From: Alphaproteobacteria bacterium
Lineage (GTDB): Bacteria; Pseudomonadota; Alphaproteobacteria; Rs-D84
Length of the DNA: 64,000 nt
Assembly: GCA_017616785.1 (NCBI GenBank)
Contig: JAFZXK010000019.1
Span: 5,321 to 69,320 of the forward strand
Direction: 5' to 3'
Under the pieces are notes generated by a model that saw only the letters and a list, made by a program, of their open reading frames with translations, did no database searches and had not been told where the DNA came from. The number at the start of each line of letters is the position of its first letter. The stretch's first letter is position 1. This document shows positions 9,805 to 18,180 of this stretch, piece after piece. The position numbers and the translations under genes are program-made.

Positions 9805-9826
9805 AAATCCATCCCCCGCAACCAGA
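9805..9826 (+). repeat. direct duplicate of the tRNA-fMet 3' end (att-like)
   Basis: aaatccatcccccgcaaccag is identical to 9615-9636. It is followed by its own hairpin plus T-run (9833-9857). Confidence 0.85.
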
Positions 9827-10036
9827 GTTTCAAAACCGTCCACAAGGGCGGTTTTTTGTTAGAAACCCAATACCTACAAAAAGTTCGAAAGTTGATATTA
9901 AAAAAGTGGCTAATTTTTGATACTTTCGAACTTTATGGTCAGTTTACAATAGTTTTGTTGATATAGGGTATTGTTTAATTTATTGACTTTTCTGCTTCTC
10001 ATGTTATGTTTTTGTTGTGTAATAAAAGGAATTAAG

Positions 10037-10546
10037 ATGGTGTTACCTACGAAAATTGGTCATAATGCTTGGGGACAGACCGCATTATTAATAGAGATTA
10101 CTTATAAAAATGACCCAAAATGTATATCTGCAGATATTGCAAAATCCTTTTACGAATTGGTGGAAACAAATCAGAATAAAAAAGATTTTGTTGTTACCCG
10201 TTCTAAACCTGGGATGAACATAGCAGATAAAGCCTGTTTTGTTGATTTTATATATAATATTGAATTATTTAACCAACATTTGTGCACTGTTTTTGAATTT
10301 GATTGTTTTGGGGGCGGACTCAATTTTTACGATGTAGAATTTCAGAACCAATACTATAGTGATAGAGATTTAACAATGTGGCTGTTTAAATCTATCGATT
10401 ATAAAAAATATAAAAGTATAGGTGATATGGTTGTGGCACGTTGGAATAAAGACGAAGAAAAGAGAAAAGCCGAATTAAACAAAAAAACTAATACTGATGC
10501 CGTGGCTTTTTTGGGTTCTTTCATAAAAGAAAAACAATATCAGTAA
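10037..10546 (+). CDS. hypothetical protein (ORFan)
   Basis: Open frame. The ATG at 10037 is preferred to the TTG at 9971. No recognisable domain. Confidence 0.5.
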   Translation: MVLPTKIGHNAWGQTALLIEITYKNDPKCISADIAKSFYELVETNQNKKDFVVTRSKPGMNIADKACFVDFIYNIELFNQHLCTVFEFDCFGGGLNFYDVEFQNQYYSDRDLTMWLFKSIDYKKYKSIGDMVVARWNKDEEKRKAELNKKTNTDAVAFLGSFIKEKQYQ

Positions 10547-10790
10547 GAAAATATGGATTCAATCTCTTGTTCAATTTTGATTATGTCGGCTCGGGAACTG
10601 CACGCCGAGCACAACCACGAATTTTCTAAAAATACTGCGATTGCGGTATTTTTGTTTAGAAAATTCAGTGCCGCAGCATCACGGCATTGTTTCACAATGA
10701 CGGGTGACGGGCTATTTCATATTTGAACCACACTGCTTCGGTGGTTCACCACAAAGATTAGGCAGACGACAGTATGCTGATTATAAAAAA

Positions 10791-10821
10791 ACTTACACTT
10801 ACCACTACCACTAACCACTAA
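10791..10821 (-). repeat. degenerate heptad array (CCACTAA-type on + strand), not attached to a gene end
   Basis: acttacacttaccactaccactaaccactaa. Confidence 0.7.
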
Positions 10822-10863
10822 AATATGATATAATTACCGCATATGAAAAATATGGGGGGACAA

Positions 10864-11445
10864 ATGAATAAAATTTTATTATCGATATTTGCCGGCTTAA
10901 GTATAATATTTTCTGCAAATGCGGCACTGGACCAAAATTCATGTCTTGAAAATCCTGATGAATTTGTGTGGGTTGATGCAACAAACGGATGTATCCCAAT
11001 TAATCCATGTACCGACGATAAAATCAAAGAGACTTATTGTAAATCTGTTAATTCAATGATTCCCGAAGAATTCAAAGAAAAATTCGCAAGCGTATATACC
11101 AAAGAAGTTATGAACAAAAACGCACAAGATATACAACTGCTTGATTCAATTAAAGACAATGAATACACATCAATTAAAACCACTGATGGCGAATATTATG
11201 TAATAGAATCTATGAATTCAGAAACTGATGAATCATATAGCACACTTAATATGATTAAAATAGCATGCGCGGCGTACGGTTATAACACAATAACAAATGA
11301 AAATATCAACTGTTTAGGTGTAGACAACCAAATACAATGTAAAAATATCGCCAATTTTGCTTCACAACTTGCCAACGAACCTGTATCCGACAATTTTGTT
11401 GAAAAGACGTCGGAATATAAATCTTACTGTGAATTAGGATTATAA
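10864..11445 (+). CDS. secreted cysteine-rich hypothetical protein
   Basis: Signal peptide MNKILLSIFAGLSIIFSANA. Multiple Cys in the mature part. No family recognised. Confidence 0.55.
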   Translation: MNKILLSIFAGLSIIFSANAALDQNSCLENPDEFVWVDATNGCIPINPCTDDKIKETYCKSVNSMIPEEFKEKFASVYTKEVMNKNAQDIQLLDSIKDNEYTSIKTTDGEYYVIESMNSETDESYSTLNMIKIACAAYGYNTITNENINCLGVDNQIQCKNIANFASQLANEPVSDNFVEKTSEYKSYCELGL

Positions 11446-11466
11446 TTAATATTATAATTTTCCTGG

Positions 11467-12282
11467 TTATAGATATTTATCCTTATTCTGTAAAAGTTTA
11501 TCTAATATATACATTGGTATAGGTTTCCGATTATCAATATCGCCATACATCCCAAGTTCCCTGTTTATTTTGCTCGGGCTATGATAATCGCTGCCGCCAC
11601 TGGCCAGTAAATCATTCCTTTGCGCCAAATCTACAACAAAATCTGTATATTCGTCTGTTTGGCCCGACTGATATACCTCTATACCATCGATTCCGTATTG
11701 TTTCAGTTCGCAAATAAAATCTTGTAAATTATTACTATCTATACCCTTTGTTCTGTTTGGATGCGCCAATATCGCCAAACCACCGGCACGATGAATCATA
11801 TCTATTGCCTCGCCATATCCAAACGGGGGTTGTAGAAAGTGTTCAATAACAAAGGTCTTATCTATACCCTTGCCGGTATCTATCATCATTTTGATAAAAG
11901 CATCCCTGGCCCCGATAAGTGTTTCGTATTTTTCCTTGGTATAACCATAGTTTTTTAGCGACTGTTCTACGTATTCCCTGCGGATAATAGCTTTGTTATT
12001 TATCTCTTCAAACCGTTTTAGAAACAATCCAATAATATGCGTATTTCTTTCACAGGAAACTTCTAACCCATTTATAAAGTTGATACCTATTTGCTCGGCT
12101 GCATTTGCCGCCGCACACAATCCATCGACATTGTTATGGTCTGTTAAAGCAATATATTTTAGTCCTTTTTGGGCGGCCAACTCAACCAATTCACTTGGTG
12201 ATAAAACCCCATCCGAAGCATTACTGTGCGTATGAAAATCTATCATATCAATTTCTTTTTTCTTTACATTCATGCCTGGCAT
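11467..12282 (-). CDS. PHP-domain phosphoesterase (TrpH/YciV-like)
   Basis: DFHTHSNASDG...ALTDHNNVDG PHP metal-binding motifs. The start may be the internal Met at 12246. Confidence 0.8.
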   Translation of the reverse strand: MPGMNVKKKEIDMIDFHTHSNASDGVLSPSELVELAAQKGLKYIALTDHNNVDGLCAAANAAEQIGINFINGLEVSCERNTHIIGLFLKRFEEINNKAIIRREYVEQSLKNYGYTKEKYETLIGARDAFIKMMIDTGKGIDKTFVIEHFLQPPFGYGEAIDMIHRAGGLAILAHPNRTKGIDSNNLQDFICELKQYGIDGIEVYQSGQTDEYTDFVVDLAQRNDLLASGGSDYHSPSKINRELGMYGDIDNRKPIPMYILDKLLQNKDKYL

Positions 12283-12317
12283 TATATCATAGAAACCAAC
12301 AATAAAAAGGTTTTATT

Positions 12318-13088
12318 ATGATAATTGGTATGGTCAGATACGCAATTCCGAACAGTTTTATGAATTCGAATAATTCGCGTTCTTTATTGCAATTATACGA
12401 GGACCCATATTTTTCAGACCGGTTTAATATCTTTCGCAATATAACACTGCCATCTTTTGCAGGGCAAACAAGCCAGGATTTTGTATTATGTGTATATCAT
12501 ACGAACTTGATTCCAGATGATAAAAAGGTATTGTTTGATAACCTTGCCAAACAATATCCTTTCCTAAGAAATGTTTACACAGCCGGCAAAATGGACATTC
12601 CGGATGATTTGAAAGAACAGCAAATGCTGACATTCCGAATAGATAATGATGATGGTATGGCCTTGGATTTTATTGAAAAATTGCAACAAATCAAAGAAAT
12701 CGTTGGGAATAAAACATCAAATTTTGCGATCAGCATTCCACATATGCGAAAAATCGCCAGGATTGATAATTTTTTGTATCAAACATTGGAAACGGATTTT
12801 ATATCAAATTCTATGGGCTTGGCGTACCTTGGGAACGATGGGCGCACTGTTATGAACCTGGGTAATCATACCAAGGTTGCTTATTCCACCCCAATGCTGA
12901 TGGTCGCCGGCAATGGCGGCCTACAGGTAATAAATGGTTATAATGTGGCCAATGGTTTTAAGAAAGTATATCAAAACCAATCGGATATGGCTATTTTAAA
13001 TCAAAAAGATATGCAAAACCTGCTGGTCAAAGACGGATATGCCAAAATAGATTTATCTTGCCTGCCCATCATAGATAAAAGTAGATAG
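12318..13088 (+). CDS. putative glycosyltransferase (rhamnosyltransferase-like family)
   Basis: LPSFAGQTSQDF and RIDNDDG (DxD-like) motifs reminiscent of the Rhamno_transf/GT2-like family. Tentative. Confidence 0.4.
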   Translation: MIIGMVRYAIPNSFMNSNNSRSLLQLYEDPYFSDRFNIFRNITLPSFAGQTSQDFVLCVYHTNLIPDDKKVLFDNLAKQYPFLRNVYTAGKMDIPDDLKEQQMLTFRIDNDDGMALDFIEKLQQIKEIVGNKTSNFAISIPHMRKIARIDNFLYQTLETDFISNSMGLAYLGNDGRTVMNLGNHTKVAYSTPMLMVAGNGGLQVINGYNVANGFKKVYQNQSDMAILNQKDMQNLLVKDGYAKIDLSCLPIIDKSR

Positions 13089-13128
13089 TATTTGTGTATT
13101 TTATGCTTTTTATGATATTAATTTTTAT

Positions 13129-13160
13129 CCACTAACCACTAACACTACCACTTTCTACTA
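13129..13160 (-). repeat. degenerate heptad array (CCACTAA-type on + strand) beginning at the ychF stop codon
   Basis: ccactaaccactaacactaccactttctacta. The sense strand reads TAG TAG AAA GTG GTA GTG TTA GTG GTT AGT GG. Confidence 0.8.
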
Positions 13161-14237
13161 ATTATTAAACAAGAAATGGCAAATATCGCCTTCTTGCATG
13201 ACGTAGTCACGCCCAACAAGGCGCATTTTACCCGCCTCTTTGACCGCAACTTCACCACCAAGTTTAATATAATCATCTGGTGAAATTATTTCTGCGCGTA
13301 TAAATCCCTTTTCAAAATCGGTATGAATTTTACCCGCCGCCTGGGGCGCGGTCATGCCCCGCGTTATTGTCCACGCATGCGCTTCCTTAGGCCCAACAGT
13401 ATAAAAAGTTTGCAGCCCCAGCGTTTCATATCCGGTTTTTATCACCTGCTCTAACCCCGATTGTTTCAAACCCAAATCATCCAAAAACATTTTTCTTTCA
13501 TCCGGATTTACAATCTGCGCAATTTCCATTTCGATTTTCCCAGATATAATTAAAACAGGATTTTTTGCACCAAACTTTTGTTTTACCGCGTCCGAAAATT
13601 TGTTTCCACTTGCGGCGGCGGCTTCTTCGACATTGCATACATAAATAACCGGTTTAGATGTTAGCAAATTAAACGGTTTACTATCGATATCAACATCGCG
13701 CGCCGGCACAGATTTTTCAAGATTTTCTTTTATAACATTCGCATCGGCCAGCATTTTTATAGCGACTTTGTCCAAACCATGCGCCTTTTTTTCAAGATTT
13801 TTTATCTGTTTATTCAAACTTTCAAGGTCGGCCAACATAAGTTCGGTTTCAATCGTATCAATATCGGCAATCGGGTCAATCCGCCCATCAACATGAACAA
13901 TATCATCGTTTTCAAAGCAACGGACAACATGAATAATTGCGTCTGTTTCTAATATATTCCCCAAAAATTTATTTCCAAGTCCTTCGCCCGTTGATGCGCC
14001 ACGCACCAAGCCCGCAATATCAACAATTTCAAGTTGTGTTGGTATAATTTTCGCCGAATTATCAACCGCCGCCAATTTATGTAATGTTTCATCCGGCACA
14101 ATTACGCGCCCGGTATTCGGCTCTATGGTGCAAAAAGGATAATTTTGCGCGTCCGCCGCCGCACTTTGTGTTAACGCATTAAATAAAGTAGATTTACCCA
14201 CATTTGGCAATCCAACAATTCCACAATTGAAACCCAT
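13158..14237 (-). CDS. ychF: ribosome-binding ATPase YchF
   Basis: MGFNCGIVGLPNVGKSTLFNALT N-terminus and C-terminus ...GDICHFLFNN as in YchF. The upstream 18 codons of the ORF were judged spurious. Confidence 0.92.
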   Translation of the reverse strand: MGFNCGIVGLPNVGKSTLFNALTQSAAADAQNYPFCTIEPNTGRVIVPDETLHKLAAVDNSAKIIPTQLEIVDIAGLVRGASTGEGLGNKFLGNILETDAIIHVVRCFENDDIVHVDGRIDPIADIDTIETELMLADLESLNKQIKNLEKKAHGLDKVAIKMLADANVIKENLEKSVPARDVDIDSKPFNLLTSKPVIYVCNVEEAAAASGNKFSDAVKQKFGAKNPVLIISGKIEMEIAQIVNPDERKMFLDDLGLKQSGLEQVIKTGYETLGLQTFYTVGPKEAHAWTITRGMTAPQAAGKIHTDFEKGFIRAEIISPDDYIKLGGEVAVKEAGKMRLVGRDYVMQEGDICHFLFNN

Positions 14238-14265
14238 AACAAAATCCTTTATAATATATGTAAAT

Positions 14266-14952
14266 ATGTCATACATGTGGAACAAATTCAATATAAAAAC
14301 CTTTCCGTCCGAAACAATCGTTTATGTTGACGGTATTTTTCAACCCGATATTTCGACCTTAGATGAAACGGAAAACTTCGCAAAAAAATACGATTTACCT
14401 ATACATATTATATATATTGGAAAACCAGAACGCGAAAATACATTAAATATAAATATCACCGCCGAAAATCAACCTGTATTTTTGACCGTTGATATAGAAA
14501 ATAATTTCCCGGGTTTTTTGAATATTTTTATCAAAAATTCCGGGAAAAATTCTGAATTACGTGGACATATAATAGTAAAAAATTACTCTGATTTTGCCGG
14601 AAAAATCATCGCCGAACACACCGCACCCGATACCGGAATTTTAATTCAAACCAAAATAATAGGATATAAAAACAGTTACTCTCGCCTTTCCGCGATGGCA
14701 ATTATAAATAAAGATTGTTCAAATACTAAATCAGACATAATTCTTGCCGGACACACAACCGACAATAGTGCAAAAATTCGTTTCATCCCGTCCCAGCGTA
14801 TAAAATCAGTTCCTGATTTTGCGGAACACAGTGCATATATAATGCATGCGACCGAAAAACAAGAAAACTATCTGCGCAGTGCCGGTCTTTCGGGGGCCGA
14901 GGTCAAAGATGCAATAACCGAAGCATTCACAAAAGATTTTAACCTGTTTTAA
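14266..14952 (+). CDS. short SufB/SufD-family protein (orphan)
   Basis: The C-terminal region HSAYIMHATEKQENYLRSAGLSGAEVKDAITEAF parallels the SufD/SufB segment H.A.vG.ld.eq.fYL.sRGl...A...i..aF. About half the usual length, with no sufBC nearby. Confidence 0.45.
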   Translation: MSYMWNKFNIKTFPSETIVYVDGIFQPDISTLDETENFAKKYDLPIHIIYIGKPERENTLNINITAENQPVFLTVDIENNFPGFLNIFIKNSGKNSELRGHIIVKNYSDFAGKIIAEHTAPDTGILIQTKIIGYKNSYSRLSAMAIINKDCSNTKSDIILAGHTTDNSAKIRFIPSQRIKSVPDFAEHSAYIMHATEKQENYLRSAGLSGAEVKDAITEAFTKDFNLF

Positions 14953-14957
14953 TCCAA

Positions 14958-14996
14958 ACAAAAATCGGTATTACCAAACATATGGAAATACCGAAA
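14958..14996 (-). terminator. rho-independent terminator after rpmJ
   Basis: tcggtatt...aataccga stem, followed on the minus strand by TTTTT. Confidence 0.5.
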
Positions 14997-15017
14997 AAAT
15001 AATATAAAAACAATAGA

Positions 15018-15152
15018 TTATTTACGCTTAAAACCCTGTTTCGCCTTAAACTTTGGGTTATCAGGGTCCATCAAAATAACCTGTTTACCACGGCGAACCT
15101 GTTTAATGTTTCCGCGTTTTTTCCATGCCTTCAAAGAACTCAAAAACTTCAT
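15018..15152 (-). CDS. rpmJ: 50S ribosomal protein L36 (short alphaproteobacterial type)
   Basis: Not in the ORF track. Translates to MKFLSSLKAWKKRGNIKQVRRGKQVILMDPDNPKFKAKQGFKRK, matching bL36 (…VRR.G…NP.fKArQG). Confidence 0.85.
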   Translation of the reverse strand: MKFLSSLKAWKKRGNIKQVRRGKQVILMDPDNPKFKAKQGFKRK

Positions 15153-15235
15153 ATCTAATCCTTTTTGCCCTGGCATTATAAACAGTTTTTCACAAAAATC
15201 AAATAATATATTTATTTTGTTGTTGTTTATTACCC

Positions 15236-15411
15236 TGTTGAAAATGTTAAAAATACAATTTTAACAAAGTTTTCAACATTTTTATCCAATTTTTCAGGTA
15301 TTTTCCGCAATTTTATTGAAAAATCACCCATGTTGAAAAAGTGTTAAAAAGTTTATAAGTTTTCAACAATTTCAACAATTACAGATTTTTATTTTTTATG
15401 CTTGTTGAAAA
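15236..15411. promoter_or_regulatory. iteron-like array of TGTTGAAAA 9-mers upstream of virB3
   Basis: Exact copies at 15236, 15331, 15403 (+) and 15270, 15360 (-). Variants at 15314 and 15369. Flanking TGTTAAAAA at 15245 and 15342. Confidence 0.6.
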
Positions 15412-15430
15412 ATGTGGAAATTGATATAAT
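15402..15430 (+). promoter_or_regulatory. predicted sigma70-type promoter of virB3-virB4
   Basis: TTGTTG (-35), 17-nt spacer, TATAAT (15425-15430). It overlaps the last TGTTGAAAA copy. AGGGGGA lies upstream of the ATG at 15463. Confidence 0.4.
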
Positions 15431-15462
15431 AAAAATACGCGTAGGGGGAAAATCGACACAAA

Positions 15463-15765
15463 ATGAAACAACAAGTGCTAAAAGCTTTGGCGAATCCGTC
15501 GCATCTATTTTATGTGCCATATACTTTGGCGGTTCTGAATTTTATGATTCAGTTTATTATTTTTATAATTTTATACACAATTGGCATATTTATTTTCCCG
15601 GACAAAGTGAATGACTATTTTAATCCGCTGTTTTTCATATTGTCGGTTTGCTTGGTTCATATGATATTGGCGCGTTATTCGCGGCGCGACCCGCAACTTG
15701 GCCAAATTTTGATTGCAAAGATAAAGATGATAAAAGATAAAATTCCACGGAGATTGCCCGCATGA
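15463..15765 (+). CDS. virB3: type IV secretion system protein VirB3
   Basis: 100 aa with two TM segments and a C-terminal ...RRDPQLGQIL motif as in VirB3/TrbD. Overlaps virB4 by ATGA. Confidence 0.75.
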   Translation: MKQQVLKALANPSHLFYVPYTLAVLNFMIQFIIFIILYTIGIFIFPDKVNDYFNPLFFILSVCLVHMILARYSRRDPQLGQILIAKIKMIKDKIPRRLPA

Positions 15766-18179
15766 TACCCGAATTTTTTAGATATTTTGCCGGCAATGGA
15801 TTTTCAAATACCGTAACACTTACTGTTATGGCGGTTGCGGTTATATTCGTATTTATTGTGTTGCTGATGTATATTCCGACCATTGTTAAACATGTTTTTC
15901 CAAAGTTTGGTTATAAACATTATGCTGAATACATACCGTTTACAACGGTTTATACCGATAATTCAATTGAACTAAGTGATGGATGTTTAATTCGTGTTTA
16001 TTCACTTGCCGGTGTTCAAACCAGTATGCAAACCGATGAACAACGTGAAAAGTTCCTTGATTTGCGTGCGCAACTTTTTAACCAAATTCATGACCAAAAT
16101 GTAGTGCTGCGATTTTTTACTGTGCGTGATGCGGTTGCGGAAAATACCGACTATGAATTTGACCAACCGGTATTACAAAAGATTTATGATAAATGGCATT
16201 CCCAAGGGTTAAAGATATTTTTGAATAATTATTATATTGTATTATCTGTGCGTGGCGCGCATGCGCGTGATAAACTGAATCAATATGGAAATTATATTGA
16301 ATCAATCCTTGCCCCGTACAAGCCAGAAGTTCTTGATAACAAATCGCGCAACAATATGGCAAAGTTTTTTGGTCGTATACTTTCACCAATTACAAAGCCA
16401 TCGCCCGCGGTATGTGATGATAAAATAACCGAAAATACAACTGTTGATGATGTAGAATTTTTATCAAACGGAATTGTTAAATATATAAGTGGTAATTATG
16501 AATATTTTGCGGCACTTATATCTTTCCGCGCTGCGCCGGATTATTTAGACGAAGATTTTTTTGATTCTGTGAACACAATACAAACAGAAATGATTTGTAT
16601 GAACGGTTTCAAAATAATGGGTGCCGCGGATGTCGAAGCGGTAATGCGCCAACGCCGCAGTGTTGCGAACAAAGAAAACGATACAACCGAAGAACAAATT
16701 TCAAGTGCAGAATCAATTATGGATGAAAATATTTCTGGGAATCAAACGCTTGTAAATTATTATCCACTCTTTATGGTTTTCGCAAAAAGCGAGCAAGAAT
16801 TAAAAGAACATATTGACGAATTCAAAAAGATTTCTGCGTCATTTGGTGTTTCACCAATCCAAGAAAACTTTGCAACCAAGGTATCTTGGTTTTCTGTTAT
16901 ACCGGGGTTTGATACATTTCCGCGCACTTTCAAAATGTTGTCGCGTGCGGCGGCAATCAGTGTTCCAATGTCATCTGCGCCACGCGGGATATCAAATTCG
17001 GACTGGGGTCCGGGACCACTTGTTATATTCCCAACGGCCCAAGGTACACCGTATCAATTTCAATTTCATGTATCTGATAAACCGGCGGCGGTTGGCCATA
17101 CACTTACGATTGGTCCGACCGGTGGTGGTAAAACAACATTGTTTTCGTTTCTTATTGCGCAATCAATGCGGCATCCAAAATTAAAAGCGTTTTTCTTTGA
17201 CCGTAACAAAGGTGCCGAAATATTCACGCTTGCAACGGGTGGAAAATATATAACAATGCAAGGCAAAGAAAAAAATGAAACGGGATTTTTGGCGCACCTG
17301 AATCCACTTAAAATGTCTGATACCGCCGCAAATCGTGGATTTTTGCGCCGTTGGTTGGCAATGATTTCGGAACAATCAGACCCGATTTCTGACGATGAAA
17401 TTGCGCGTGCAGTTTCGGTGAACTTTGATTACTTGGTTGATAAAGACCGGATGTTAAAAAATCTTTGGGAAAGTTGTTTTTCATCATCTGGGAAAATGCG
17501 CGCCGCGTTAAAGAAATGGGTTGACCCATTGCAATACGGCGACATCTTTAATGAAGAAACCGATACACTTGACCTGCAATCGCGCCTTACGACTTTTGAT
17601 TTTACCGAAATTTTACAAGACCCAGTTTTGGCGCCGGCGGTTATCTCATATATATTACACAGAATAAATAATACAACGGTCGCCGGTGGAAATCCGTCAC
17701 TTATTATGATTGATGAAACGGCACCGATGCTTGAAAATAAAATGTTTTGTGATAATTTTATCGCCGGTCTCCAAGAAGGTCGTAAAAATCGTCAGGCATA
17801 TATGGTAGCATTTCAGCGCGCAAATGTTTTGGATAAACTTGGCATTGGTGATGTAGTTCGTGGCCAGGCACAAACGATTATGTTTTTCCGTAACCCGGCG
17901 GCGGATGCGTCTGATTATGAACATTGGAATTTGAATCCACTGGAAATGGCGTTTATCCAAGGCAAAGCGTATCCGAACCTTAAACGCGCGGTTTTGTTAT
18001 CACGACCGGTAAATAATGAATCGGTTATTTTGAATACTGAACTTGGTGGATTGGGCAGTTTGCTTAAATTATTTGAATCCGGGCGTTCGTCTGTGTTACT
18101 TGCCGAAGAATTGTATCGCCAATACGGTTCGGCGTTCGTTGCAGAATACCTTAAAAAACAAGGTGCGGGCGATATATAA
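15762..18179 (+). CDS. virB4: type IV secretion system ATPase VirB4
   Basis: 805 aa with Walker A GPTGGGKTT and Walker B IMIDETAPML. Overall VirB4/TrbE/CagE layout. Confidence 0.9.
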   Translation: MIPEFFRYFAGNGFSNTVTLTVMAVAVIFVFIVLLMYIPTIVKHVFPKFGYKHYAEYIPFTTVYTDNSIELSDGCLIRVYSLAGVQTSMQTDEQREKFLDLRAQLFNQIHDQNVVLRFFTVRDAVAENTDYEFDQPVLQKIYDKWHSQGLKIFLNNYYIVLSVRGAHARDKLNQYGNYIESILAPYKPEVLDNKSRNNMAKFFGRILSPITKPSPAVCDDKITENTTVDDVEFLSNGIVKYISGNYEYFAALISFRAAPDYLDEDFFDSVNTIQTEMICMNGFKIMGAADVEAVMRQRRSVANKENDTTEEQISSAESIMDENISGNQTLVNYYPLFMVFAKSEQELKEHIDEFKKISASFGVSPIQENFATKVSWFSVIPGFDTFPRTFKMLSRAAAISVPMSSAPRGISNSDWGPGPLVIFPTAQGTPYQFQFHVSDKPAAVGHTLTIGPTGGGKTTLFSFLIAQSMRHPKLKAFFFDRNKGAEIFTLATGGKYITMQGKEKNETGFLAHLNPLKMSDTAANRGFLRRWLAMISEQSDPISDDEIARAVSVNFDYLVDKDRMLKNLWESCFSSSGKMRAALKKWVDPLQYGDIFNEETDTLDLQSRLTTFDFTEILQDPVLAPAVISYILHRINNTTVAGGNPSLIMIDETAPMLENKMFCDNFIAGLQEGRKNRQAYMVAFQRANVLDKLGIGDVVRGQAQTIMFFRNPAADASDYEHWNLNPLEMAFIQGKAYPNLKRAVLLSRPVNNESVILNTELGGLGSLLKLFESGRSSVLLAEELYRQYGSAFVAEYLKKQGAGDI

Positions 18180-18180
18180 T

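Noticed and set aside
9680-9826. Possible (two-piece) tmRNA, because the segment ends in a T-arm/acceptor-like sequence ...cgaaatccatcccccgcaacca followed by a terminator.
   Set aside because: The acceptor-like end is an exact copy of the tRNA-fMet 3' end, not an alanine-type acceptor (no G3:U70 possibility). I found no tag-like reading frame ending in ...AA-stop. It is better explained as an att-type duplication.
15180-15460. Possible replication origin (AT-rich, repeated 9-mers, one TTATCCAAT and one TGTGGAAAT resembling DnaA boxes).
   Set aside because: The repeated motif is TGTTGAAAA, not a DnaA box, and only two weak DnaA-box-like 9-mers are present. No dnaA, dnaN or hemE is adjacent. 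Interpreted instead as a regulatory array for virB3-virB4, although an origin cannot be excluded without GC-skew analysis of the whole genome.
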